From Nanobdellota archaeon (GTDB taxonomy: Archaea > Nanobdellota > Nanobdellia > Pacearchaeales > GW2011-AR1), in the NCBI GenBank assembly GCA_030641715.1, contig DAOWGX010000003.1, positions 1 through 50,828 on the forward strand: a stretch of DNA of 50,828 bases, written 5' to 3'. Positions 33,637 to 42,815 of the stretch are shown here, piece by piece (the first letter of the stretch is position 1; each line of letters opens with the position of its first letter). Below the pieces are notes generated by a model. That model saw only the letters and a list, made by a program, of their open reading frames with translations. It made no database searches and had not been told where the DNA came from. The position numbers were made by a program, and so were the translations under genes.

Positions 33637-36284
33637 AACTGAAAGTTCCCAATAAAATCAAAAATTCCTTTTAATTTTTCAACGGTAACAATCTTTGAAT
33701 AAAATAAATAAAAAGCTATCCCTGAAAGAACAACAATCAAACCTAAAAATATTAAAAAGAACAACTTATGTCTATCTACGAAATCCTTAATCATAAAAAA
33801 CCCTTGCTGAAGATTTTCCCTACCCAGATAAGAAACTACAGCCATTATTGCCACAAAAACTCCTGCAATTAAGTAAATATAACTCCGAACAACCCACCCT
33901 AAAAAACTTGTAAATGTGCCAGACAAAAAGGACGAAACATCATCCCATAAATTCAAAGATCCGCCAACCAAGTTTTTCCCAAACTCAGACATCCTCTCGC
34001 CAAAATTAGAAAAGAAACTACTAAATTGCTCAACAGACAAAATTCCATAACCGAACAAGGCATAAATCAAACCTGCCAACAACATCATAACCAAGATTAC
34101 CAGAGTAATTATTTTTTGTTTATTAGATAAACCGCTCAAACGGTACGATAATCCACCAAAAAATTCTGTCAAACTTCCTCGTTTCAAATAAGCAGTCAAA
34201 ATTAACACTCCCCCTCCAATACAAGAAAGAATAGGAATATAATAACTCTTGATATAACTCCCGACCTTTAGAACAAAATCTCCCGTAATCTGCACGAAAT
34301 TCTGCAACCCTGATTTAACAGAATTAAGAATATCTCCGATTCCTTTGCTAATCTGCTCAACCGTAACAATTCCTGAATAAAACAAGTAAAAAACTATCCC
34401 TGAAAGAATAGTCAACCCTAACAATATCAAGAAAAATAATTTATGTCTAACCACAAAATCTTTGGTTTTATAGAATGTTTGCTGAAGATTATTCCGATTC
34501 AAATAAGCAGCCAAAATTAACACCACCCCCCCAATACAAGAAAGAATAGGAATACAATAATCTCTAACAAATTCCCCAACATTCAGAACGAAATCTCTTA
34601 CAACATTCACCATACTCCCCCATCCTGACCGAATAGAATCAGCAACATTCCCCATTCCCTCGCTGATTTGCCCAACCGTAACAATTCCTGAATAAAATAA
34701 CGCCCCCACGACACCACAACTTAAAACCAAAATTCCCAAAATTATAAGCGAAACCTTATGTTTCCCTACAACCTCTTTAAAATTTTCAAACTTTTCTACC
34801 CTTACCTTGATATTTTCAACCTTTTCATCCTCAACCCTTTTCTGCTCTCGCCATTCTTTAAATTTTTCAAATAAACTAGCTCTCTTCACAATAATCCCCA
34901 ATACCAATAAAACCACAAACCCGACAACTCCCGCCATCACCGGATAAAAATACTCATTCTGAGGAGACAGATAAAAGGGGATAGTTCTAGCAAAAGGTAC
35001 AATCCAACCAACGACACTTCTAAACCAACCGACAACACTATTCCATAACCCTTGTAAAAACGCTATCGTAAAAATCCCACTGTAAAACAAGAAACCAACA
35101 AGTCCCATAAGAAACGCCGCCACAAACAACACTCCGAGGAATTTTTTATGTTCAGAAACGAACGACACATTCCTAACCACCGGCTTTGTAACTACCTTAG
35201 GTTTCGCGACTTTCACATCGCTCTCAGATTTCCTTCTCTCGCTCAACAAGGACTTAATTCGCTGGATAACCCGATTCTTTTTACATAGAACAACTGCAAC
35301 TATCAAAAAAATCAAACTAACAATAGAACCCAGAGCATAATAAAAATAAGAACTAAATGGCGAAAGAATATCTACAAAAGATCGACCGACACCTTGAAAC
35401 GATATATACCCAATACGGTCTAAACAATATGCTAAAACTCCCAAAAGAGTGAATAATATAGATACACTAACTGTGACCTTGTGCTTCTTAACCCATCTCT
35501 CTTCCCTATTTATTCCTGCAATTATCTTTTTCCTCTCCATCCAAAATATAATAAAAAGCATAAAAAGTGCGAACCCAATCAGAACAGGAATAGCATACAA
35601 CTCAAAACCTTTCGCGGCCGTTTCAGCTACCCCGACTATCGACGCGACGCCACTTTCATCAACAGCAATCTCTACAGTTCTGTGTGTATTAGCAATATAA
35701 TCCCCATAAACTAACTGAACGAAAAAAGTGTAAACCCCTGAATCTATCGTCGTCGGCAAATATATCTTCGTCTTCTCCGTCTTCTCTTCAAAATTCCCAA
35801 TATAAATCGTATCGTGCCCAGAAGTCACCGCCTCGCCATCCTTCTCAATCCAAAAATGAACCTCGACATCCCCGCTGATATCTGCCATCCCCTTGAGAAA
35901 ATAAGTAAACTCAAACTCCGTGCCTAATTGAATAGGGGATTGGAAATCAATTATCTTGACATCGAACAATTTTACACACTGATGCATCCAGCACGTTTCC
36001 CCTACAGAAAGATTACAGTCAGCGTCGGAATAACAGCTATAATCATAACATACATATTTCAAACAATAGCGCTCTTCTCCGCAATCCTCGTCCTCCGAAC
36101 ACTGCCAACTCGACCCTCCTTCATCCGAAGAACCTCCGCTATCCGGTGCCGACACAGCCCCAACATTATAATCTCCCGCACTATACGCTCCCGAACCATA
36201 ACTTCCTGAAGAGATTAAAGGCACCGCTACTAACAAAATCATTAACCCTACAAACAAACTCGCACACTTCTTCTTTAATAACAT
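33633..36284 (-). CDS. Large polytopic membrane protein with a Cys-rich/Ig-like ectodomain and at least 6 internal TM-module repeats
   Basis: The ORF is open to 36314. The start is placed at ATG 36284 ('MLLKKKCASLFVGLMILLVAVPL'), which has a gaagga SD and lies 1 nt after the upstream stop. 'RHKLFFLI.LGL..SGI.FYLFYSGIVTVE' modules repeat. Confidence 0.7.
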   Translation of the reverse strand: MLLKKKCASLFVGLMILLVAVPLISSGSYGSGAYSAGDYNVGAVSAPDSGGSSDEGGSSWQCSEDEDCGEERYCLKYVCYDYSCYSDADCNLSVGETCWMHQCVKLFDVKIIDFQSPIQLGTEFEFTYFLKGMADISGDVEVHFWIEKDGEAVTSGHDTIYIGNFEEKTEKTKIYLPTTIDSGVYTFFVQLVYGDYIANTHRTVEIAVDESGVASIVGVAETAAKGFELYAIPVLIGFALFMLFIIFWMERKKIIAGINREERWVKKHKVTVSVSILFTLLGVLAYCLDRIGYISFQGVGRSFVDILSPFSSYFYYALGSIVSLIFLIVAVVLCKKNRVIQRIKSLLSERRKSESDVKVAKPKVVTKPVVRNVSFVSEHKKFLGVLFVAAFLMGLVGFLFYSGIFTIAFLQGLWNSVVGWFRSVVGWIVPFARTIPFYLSPQNEYFYPVMAGVVGFVVLLVLGIIVKRASLFEKFKEWREQKRVEDEKVENIKVRVEKFENFKEVVGKHKVSLIILGILVLSCGVVGALFYSGIVTVGQISEGMGNVADSIRSGWGSMVNVVRDFVLNVGEFVRDYCIPILSCIGGVVLILAAYLNRNNLQQTFYKTKDFVVRHKLFFLILLGLTILSGIVFYLFYSGIVTVEQISKGIGDILNSVKSGLQNFVQITGDFVLKVGSYIKSYYIPILSCIGGGVLILTAYLKRGSLTEFFGGLSYRLSGLSNKQKIITLVILVMMLLAGLIYALFGYGILSVEQFSSFFSNFGERMSEFGKNLVGGSLNLWDDVSSFLSGTFTSFLGWVVRSYIYLIAGVFVAIMAVVSYLGRENLQQGFFMIKDFVDRHKLFFLIFLGLIVVLSGIAFYLFYSKIVTVEKLKGIFDFIGNFQF

Positions 36285-36285
36285 C

Positions 36286-36543
36286 CTATTCCTTCTGCAA
36301 ACACTCAACCGCAATTAAATTTACAGTTTGGTTTTCAATATTTATCGGCACTTGCTGACATGTTACAGCTTGCTGAACCAACTGAACAATTGCCTGTTCA
36401 TATCCATACTGCGCGCCCTGCTGAAAAATCGTAAGCTGTTCTCTCTGTTGTGCTTCCGAATACTTATCAAAAACGATATACCCTACCGCTAACACCAAAC
36501 AAACAACCAAAATACCGACGACCACTAATCCATTTTGTTTCAT
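36286..36543 (-). CDS. Small N-terminally anchored protein
   Basis: 85 aa with strong SD aaggaggg, an N-terminal TM 'LVVVGILVVCLVLAVGYIVF' and a Q-rich ectodomain. Confidence 0.55.
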   Translation of the reverse strand: MKQNGLVVVGILVVCLVLAVGYIVFDKYSEAQQREQLTIFQQGAQYGYEQAIVQLVQQAVTCQQVPINIENQTVNLIAVECLQKE

Positions 36544-36614
36544 TTTTATTTCCCTCCTTTTATATTATTATCAATATGTCCTTTTAATACTTTTTATTCT
36601 ATCAACTCACCATT

Positions 36615-36962
36615 TTAATTAATTTTTTCTTTTTTTAAAATTTCTTCAATTTCTTTTTTTAATTCAGGGATATTTTCATTAACAACCTTCCATATAGTAT
36701 TTAAATCCACCCCAAAATAATGATGAATAATTTTATCTCTGGTTTTGGCAATATCGTTCCAGGGAATGATTGGATATTTTTTCATAAAAGAATCCGGAAT
36801 ATTTTTAACAGCCTCCCCAATTATTTCTAACTGTCTGACTACTGCACTTTGTTTCTCTTCATTATTTAAAAAATTCTCTTCAGAAACTCCCCCCATAAAA
36901 GAATCTATCCGTCTTATACTATCTGAAATATGCTTAACAAAAACGATTGCCTCCCTCTTCAT
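36615..36962 (-). CDS. HEPN (DUF86) toxin of an MNT/HEPN module
   Basis: 115 aa with 'RQLEIIGEA' and the Rx4H motif 'RDKIIH'. Its start overlaps the MNT stop (ATGA). Confidence 0.8.
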   Translation of the reverse strand: MKREAIVFVKHISDSIRRIDSFMGGVSEENFLNNEEKQSAVVRQLEIIGEAVKNIPDSFMKKYPIIPWNDIAKTRDKIIHHYFGVDLNTIWKVVNENIPELKKEIEEILKKEKIN

Positions 36963-37252
36963 ATTATCCTCACCTCCTCGGGTAAAATATATTCCTTAAG
37001 ATGAGGGTTAATCCCATTATAAGTTAATAAATCTACTTTAATTCCTAATCTTTTTTCAAGCTCACTCTCTAATCTAACCAAATCTAATAAACTTCCGTCA
37101 AATTCAATCAAAATATCCACATCACTGCTTTTTTTCTGCTCCCCTCTTGCATAACTGCCAAAGATACCCGCTCTAACTACCTTATTCTTCTTCAATATTT
37201 TTACAATTTTCTTTTTTATTTCCGCAATTTTTTCATTCATTTTCTTTTCCAT
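36959..37252 (-). CDS. Minimal nucleotidyltransferase (MNT) antitoxin
   Basis: 97 aa with 'GIFGSYARGEQKKSSDVDILIEF'. Confidence 0.8.
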   Translation of the reverse strand: MEKKMNEKIAEIKKKIVKILKKNKVVRAGIFGSYARGEQKKSSDVDILIEFDGSLLDLVRLESELEKRLGIKVDLLTYNGINPHLKEYILPEEVRII

Positions 37253-37270
37253 TTTTCCCAGTTCTAATCT

Positions 37271-38107
37271 CTAACTCGCCACCTTAATTAATTTTTTCTT
37301 TTTCTTCCTCTCCGAAACCGAAAGAAAATTATCCTCAGAAACTACCGGTCTGCCGATTTCCCTCTCAGCGTCGACCCTCGCCTTTCCCGCAACATTCCCA
37401 CCCCTTATAGCAGAATCCTTACATTCTTCAAATCCTTCAGAATCCTTATTTGTTGTAATCTCGGTTGTAACTTTTTCACCAAGCATCGAAAAAATCAATT
37501 CCAAGTCGGTCATGTGGTCTCGAAGATTCTCCCTCTCCAAACCCTTCAACTCACGATGCTCCCCAATCGAAACACCAAAAGTCGCCTTCGCAATCTCATC
37601 AGTCAGTATAGCATATTCCACATTCCCTCCAACCCCCCTATCCTTCCACTCATCCGTCAAATCCTGCCTAATCGCAATCCCCCTCAACCTCTTATCAATC
37701 CAACCCTTAGAATACCCTTTCTTCTCATAAAGCACCTTCATCCTCTCCTGAGCCAACTCCGGATTCTCAATCTCATCAATCCGCTCACTCCCAACCTGTG
37801 CCAGCCACAACTTAAACGGCTCCGCTTTCTTCGACGGAATCGATTGAATTATTCTAAAAATTCCTTTCTTGTTTGCACAATTAACTAATTGCTTACCTCC
37901 AGTAGTTTCAATAGAAAGGGTACGTACAAATTGTACCCATCCTTCACTCAGCAAATCATCCCTTTGTTTTAATTTTTGAATATACTGCTTAGGATCCTTA
38001 GAATCTGTCAAAGCAACTATCACATCTTCCAAAGCGAACCACCAGTCCCCCTCATGCCAAGCTCTCCGAATTTCCTTATTACCGAAAACAATTATTTTTT
38101 CATCCAT
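37271..38107 (-). CDS. Bro-N domain / DinD-like (DNA-damage-inducible protein D family) protein
   Basis: Start taken at the internal ATG 'MDEKIIVFGNKEIRRAWHEGDWWFALEDV' with a gggag SD. 'IQSIPSKKAEPFKLWLAQVGSERIDEIENPE' is typical of this family. Confidence 0.65.
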   Translation of the reverse strand: MDEKIIVFGNKEIRRAWHEGDWWFALEDVIVALTDSKDPKQYIQKLKQRDDLLSEGWVQFVRTLSIETTGGKQLVNCANKKGIFRIIQSIPSKKAEPFKLWLAQVGSERIDEIENPELAQERMKVLYEKKGYSKGWIDKRLRGIAIRQDLTDEWKDRGVGGNVEYAILTDEIAKATFGVSIGEHRELKGLERENLRDHMTDLELIFSMLGEKVTTEITTNKDSEGFEECKDSAIRGGNVAGKARVDAEREIGRPVVSEDNFLSVSERKKKKKLIKVAS

Positions 38108-38123
38108 CTTTTCTCCCAACAAC

Positions 38124-40244
38124 TTACCCGAACCAACCCCTAACCCCATCAACAACCTTCTCAAACCCAGAAACGAACCACTCCCGAATCTCCAACCCAG
38201 CGTCCCCAACATTCCTCACAATCTTCCCCGTTATCCCAACATCAACCTCATCCTCCTCCGCACCCTTATCCTTCTTCTCTTTATCTTCCTTCTTCTCCTT
38301 CTCCTCGTCCTCTGCTTTGCCCTCCAAAGGTACACTCGGTGCCTCCACATCATCAACCTCACTCTCATTTCCCTCTTCTACACTCTCATTCCCAACACCA
38401 ACAACATCCTCCAAAGAATCCTTCTTCTTAGGCTTCTTCCCCTTCACCGTCTCATTCACACTCTCATTCACAACAACCTCCTCCTCCAAAAGCACACTCT
38501 CAACCCCCAACCCCTTACACCAACTATAACTCCCATCCTTCTTGCACAACTCCTCCTCCAACATCGAAATCCTCTCGTCCTGTTCGCCAACCTTCCCAAA
38601 CAACTCCTTAACGCTCTCAATAACCATCGTCAGCGTCCCGCCAATATCCCTCGTCCACAAAACCTCCGCCTTCCCAACCTCCGTCCTAGAAACATCCAAC
38701 TCCTCCGCAACAAACGCCTCCTGCTCACTCTCGCTCAAACCCTCATCGACCTCAACGCTCTCCTTTACCTTAACCTTATACTCCTCCTCCCGATAGACGC
38801 TCTCATTATCCTCATCAACCCCGACCTTAACCCGCTTAGAACGTTTCTCCTCCTTCTCGACAACATAATGCTTACTCCTCAACTTAACAGGATAAGACTC
38901 GTGGTCAAGTTCCCCATCTATATTTTTAATTTCAGCAACCGCCTCCAAAGCCGACCCATCACTCTCATTCTCCCAAGCCGGAGTCAAATCATAATACGTC
39001 ACCGCATAAACATTATCCCAAGCCAAATTCGCCGTTCCCAAATCATAAGTCGTGTTTATCCCGGGGATAATACTCCCATTAACCTTTAACGACCCATTTC
39101 CAACACCAATAAAAGCATCCGTTTTATCATGCGTCAAACTCACCCACTGCGAGTTGTCCGTGTCGGGGTTAGTATCCGAATGGATGTAAAGCGTTGGGTT
39201 TGTTTGGAAGGGGTGGTCGTGGTCTTTCGCATTATTATTAGCATTTATAATAACTATTTGATTTCCAACAGCATCGTTAATAGCAAAAAGTTCTTGGTCG
39301 AATACTGGGTCAGAATTAATTATCAGACCAGTAATCGAACCATATTGAAATCTTACTGCACCTGTAGCTATAGAAAGGTCTAAATTCCCATTACCTATTT
39401 TAAGCTCACCGTTTCCCTGGTCATGATACATCTCAATATAATCGTTCGCCTGGGTAGCATCGCTGGAGTAGACTCGGAAGACTGGGTCTGCGGAGGTTGA
39501 GGTTGGGGAACGGTTTGCGTTTCCCATGTCGGCATTTTCCATTATGGATATATAACCAGAATATGCGGCACTTCCAACCTGTGTACCTATTTGAAAATTA
39601 TCGTTCCCTGTAGTTTGCCATAGCATTCTTATATCATTATTTCCACCCCATCTTACTTCAGCATTATCGTTGAATTTAGCTAATATATTCCCAAAAGAAA
39701 AACTACTAAGACCTGTATTGGATGATAAAGTGACCTGATTACTGTTACCTTCAAAATCCAACGTCAAGTCCTCATTATTCGTCCCCCCAATTCCCCCAAG
39801 CGTCAGCGTTCCCGTCGGTGAGAGGATGGAACTGTTTACGCTGATGTTTCCGTTGACGTCTAGGGTACTGTTTGGGGAACTCGTGCCGATTCCGACGTTG
39901 CCTCCATTAAAATAAGAATCTCCACTTCCCGTAATAAAAGATTTTATAACACCACTTTCATAAATATTTAATTCTCCTCCAGTATTATCTGCATCAAATA
40001 CAACTGCATTTGCCCCGCCATCATCCTCTCTAAGAAACCACCGCCCATTAACAACTCGGAAATCTCCATCTTTTACTGTTAAAGCTGATTCAGGCGTCGC
40101 AGTCCCAATCCCAACCCGTCCCGAACTCCCATTAACAAAAAACAAACTATCCCCATTAGAAGTAATATTAAAATTCTTAGCACTAATAAAAGGTGTTAAA
40201 ACTAATAACACGCACAATATCCAAACTACTTTCTTACCATCCAT
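38124..40244 (-). CDS. Secreted fibre-like surface protein (full length, 706 aa)
   Basis: Signal peptide 'VVWILCVLLVLTPFISA'. Repeated 'VGIGT..P...L.V.G' motifs. 'DLGTANLAWDNVYA' is reminiscent of a tail-fibre module. Long acidic C-terminal region. Paralog of 43474..44883. Confidence 0.65.
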   Translation of the reverse strand: MDGKKVVWILCVLLVLTPFISAKNFNITSNGDSLFFVNGSSGRVGIGTATPESALTVKDGDFRVVNGRWFLREDDGGANAVVFDADNTGGELNIYESGVIKSFITGSGDSYFNGGNVGIGTSSPNSTLDVNGNISVNSSILSPTGTLTLGGIGGTNNEDLTLDFEGNSNQVTLSSNTGLSSFSFGNILAKFNDNAEVRWGGNNDIRMLWQTTGNDNFQIGTQVGSAAYSGYISIMENADMGNANRSPTSTSADPVFRVYSSDATQANDYIEMYHDQGNGELKIGNGNLDLSIATGAVRFQYGSITGLIINSDPVFDQELFAINDAVGNQIVIINANNNAKDHDHPFQTNPTLYIHSDTNPDTDNSQWVSLTHDKTDAFIGVGNGSLKVNGSIIPGINTTYDLGTANLAWDNVYAVTYYDLTPAWENESDGSALEAVAEIKNIDGELDHESYPVKLRSKHYVVEKEEKRSKRVKVGVDEDNESVYREEEYKVKVKESVEVDEGLSESEQEAFVAEELDVSRTEVGKAEVLWTRDIGGTLTMVIESVKELFGKVGEQDERISMLEEELCKKDGSYSWCKGLGVESVLLEEEVVVNESVNETVKGKKPKKKDSLEDVVGVGNESVEEGNESEVDDVEAPSVPLEGKAEDEEKEKKEDKEKKDKGAEEDEVDVGITGKIVRNVGDAGLEIREWFVSGFEKVVDGVRGWFG

Positions 40245-40245
40245 T

Positions 40246-40713
40246 TTATTTTCCGACTAATTGACTTCGTATCTTATTTATTTTACTATCGTCTAATTTA
40301 AGAATAATGTCCCTTGACACCACAAAAAAACTATACGCCTCTCCCCAAACCATTTCCAAATCTTTTTTATTCACCATTTTATCAACATAATACTGGAGCG
40401 TATTTCTCACAGAAAAAGCCGTCTCTATTAATCTTACATCTTCTTCCCAATAAAAATCCATCAGAAACAACTTCATAAACTCAATTGAACAAGAATGTAT
40501 CTCACACTTAACTCCTATCTTCTGCATGACCGCATAAAGAGAATAATAAATTAAATAATAACCTGCAGAAATACTAAACACCGAATTCTTGTCCTTTTCC
40601 CTATCCATAGTCCCGAACGAATCCTCCGCCATCTTTAGATAACCTTTAGCCAACCGTTCATTCGGTTCCACCAAAACCATACCCTTTCTTAAACACCACT
40701 TCAACTTATCCAT
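40246..40713 (-). CDS. HEPN-like protein, non-canonical motif (module 3)
   Basis: 155 aa with 'AGYYLIYYSLYAVMQKIGVKCEIHSCSIEF' and 'VRNTLQYY'. It overlaps the NTase by 8 nt and has a gggggtg SD. Confidence 0.6.
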   Translation of the reverse strand: MDKLKWCLRKGMVLVEPNERLAKGYLKMAEDSFGTMDREKDKNSVFSISAGYYLIYYSLYAVMQKIGVKCEIHSCSIEFMKLFLMDFYWEEDVRLIETAFSVRNTLQYYVDKMVNKKDLEMVWGEAYSFFVVSRDIILKLDDSKINKIRSQLVGK

Positions 40714-41275
40714 TCAAAACACCCCCTATAAATTTATCATGCCCCTTCAACAACACATGTTCCTCCAAAATTTCCGCAATAAGAGGTGAACCTTTCCTTA
40801 AAGACTCTCCAAAATCCTCAGACGACAAAGCAAACACCTGAACATCATAACCGTACCGCCTCCCAATCTTTCTTACGCCCCGAGAATCAACATCCCCAAC
40901 AACCAAAAGGTCTAAATCGGAATGTTTCTTGTGTGTGCCCTTAGCATAACTCCCAAAAACACAAACAATATCTCCCCTAACAGCTTCAGAGAAATCAATT
41001 AATTTTTTATTTTTCTCTAAAAATTCAATCTTCCTATATAACTCAAACAAAATAATATAATCCTTAATCATCGGATTAACAAGATTCAGCGAATAATATC
41101 TCCTGTTTTTACTTAATCGAGATTTCAAAATTCCCATCCGTTCTAATTCAATCAAAGTCAACGCAACATTCTTCTGACTCAGACCAGTTTTCTCAACAAA
41201 ATCACTTGCATAGAGCTCCTTATCGTATCCCCTCAGGAATCCTCTTATCATCTTAAAATATTTATTTTGTAACAT
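40706..41275 (-). CDS. wHTH-fused nucleotidyltransferase (module 3)
   Basis: 189 aa with an N-terminal wHTH ('GLSQKNVALTLIELERMGILK') and 'VFGSYAKGTHKKHSDLDLLVVGD'. Confidence 0.7.
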   Translation of the reverse strand: MLQNKYFKMIRGFLRGYDKELYASDFVEKTGLSQKNVALTLIELERMGILKSRLSKNRRYYSLNLVNPMIKDYIILFELYRKIEFLEKNKKLIDFSEAVRGDIVCVFGSYAKGTHKKHSDLDLLVVGDVDSRGVRKIGRRYGYDVQVFALSSEDFGESLRKGSPLIAEILEEHVLLKGHDKFIGGVLNG

Positions 41276-41381
41276 TTTACTTAATCAAGTATTTTTTTAC
41301 TAACCATTTAAACCCATACCCTTTAAATTTATTTGTTTACTTAACTTAGATAAAAACCCCTCATCAATAAAAACAACCATC

Positions 41382-41597
41382 TTATCCATTACAACCCCCT
41401 AAAAAAAAGTCATCCAGCGACCCCGAAGAATCACTGGGGGACATATCAATATTAACATTAGTTCTATCTTCATAAATTTTTCCATTAACAAAAAACAAAC
41501 TATCCCCATTCGAAGTAACGTTAAAATTCTTAGCAAGACAAAAAGGCACAGCCAACAAAAACATACAGAAAATCAAAACCATTTTTTTACTTGCCAT
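41382..41597 (-). pseudogene. Truncated fibre-protein N-terminal cassette (71 aa), or a short secreted paralog
   Basis: 'MASKKMVLIFCMFLLAVPFCLAKNFNVTSNGDSLFFVNG' parallels the N-terminus of 38124..40244 and then ends as '...FLGGCNG*'. Confidence 0.5.
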
Positions 41598-42033
41598 CTT
41601 TTTTTACCCTATCCCTTATCTTCTCTATTTTAGAATCATCTAACATATTTAAAACTTCCTCACATTTTAAGACAAACTCTTTAATTCCCTGAAGATTATT
41701 TAATTCAGCCTTTGCACGACAATATTGCACTCGAATCCTCCTCTCCTTAAGCTCCTTCATAAACCTTACATCCTTCTCAGAAAAATCAAAGAACCCCATC
41801 AACTTAATAGTACAATCATGAATTTCAGACTTTATTCCGCATTTCATCAAAATAGCATAAACAGCGTCGTAACAAGCATAATACCCCGTAATAACTTTCC
41901 ATTTCCCCTCAGAGCTCATGCAAACCTTAAAACTATCATACGCATCCTCAAGATAAGACTCCGCCAAATGAGATTTCTTATCAATTAGACTAATCCCCTT
42001 GCTTTGCTTTAAACACCAGTTAATACCTACCAC
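41587..42033 (-). CDS. HEPN-like protein, non-canonical motif (module 2)
   Basis: The ORF is open to 42156. A GTG at 42033 with a ggggggtga SD aligns with the paralog N-termini ('INWCLKQ'). Also 'GYYACYDAVYAILMKCGIKSEIHDCTIKL' and 'RIRVQYC'. Confidence 0.55.
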   Translation of the reverse strand: MVGINWCLKQSKGISLIDKKSHLAESYLEDAYDSFKVCMSSEGKWKVITGYYACYDAVYAILMKCGIKSEIHDCTIKLMGFFDFSEKDVRFMKELKERRIRVQYCRAKAELNNLQGIKEFVLKCEEVLNMLDDSKIEKIRDRVKKDGK

Positions 42034-42646
42034 TCTCACCCCCCGAAAAAAGTTTAACAACCTTAAAAAAATCCCCGAATAAAATATGATTCTTACAAAT
42101 CTCCAAAAACAACGGCTCCTTTTTCTTAGACAAACTCTTAAACTCTTCAAAACCAAAATAATAAATATTAATATCCATAGGAGAAAGTTCCCTTAAAGCA
42201 TCAATTTCTTTTTTACTAGATTTTCCAAGGACAACCAAATCCAAATCAGAATTTTTTTTATATCTGCCCGAAGCATAAGAACCAAACAAAATAATTCCCT
42301 CACAGAATCTTAAAATTTTATTAATAATAATTCCCTGTTTTTTACAGTTAAGAATAAAATCGAGTGTCCTTTTATGTTCTGCAATTCCCAATAAAAGTTC
42401 AGAATTTGGGTTATCCAATTCCAGATAAAACTCCTTGTTCTTTCCAGCAACATTATACCTAACCAAATTAAATTCAGCTAATTTATTCAAAACTCTCGAC
42501 GCAGTCTGCTGGGAAATTTTAGTAGACCTTGAAATATCACTCGCAGTTAATTTTGCAGAATAATCACTACAAAAAGGCACAAGAATTTCTACCCATTTTT
42601 GGGTAATGTTACCCATTTTTGCAGCAATTATATTTTCCATTTTCAT
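42020..42646 (-). CDS. wHTH-fused nucleotidyltransferase (module 2)
   Basis: 208 aa with 'LFGSYASGRYKKNSDLDLVVLGK' and an N-terminal wHTH ('ISQQTASRVLNKLAEFNLV'). Confidence 0.7.
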   Translation of the reverse strand: MKMENIIAAKMGNITQKWVEILVPFCSDYSAKLTASDISRSTKISQQTASRVLNKLAEFNLVRYNVAGKNKEFYLELDNPNSELLLGIAEHKRTLDFILNCKKQGIIINKILRFCEGIILFGSYASGRYKKNSDLDLVVLGKSSKKEIDALRELSPMDINIYYFGFEEFKSLSKKKEPLFLEICKNHILFGDFFKVVKLFSGGESGRY

Positions 42647-42815
42647 ACAATTTTAACATTCTCATCTGAATCAACCCTCAAACCCCCGCCGTTTGATGTC
42701 ACATTAAATTTACTTAACTTAGACAAAAACCCCTCATCAATAAAAACAAAAGTCTTATCCATTACAACCTCCACATTCCGGACAAGCCCCTTTTCGCAAT
42801 CCCCCCATTTCATAA

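Noticed and set aside
38124-40244. Peptidase S74 / intramolecular-chaperone domain at the fibre C-terminus
   Set aside because: The 'DLG....W..VYA' context is suggestive, but the Ser-Lys dyad motif (S-D-x-R-x-K) is not visible. Only 'fibre-like' is retained.
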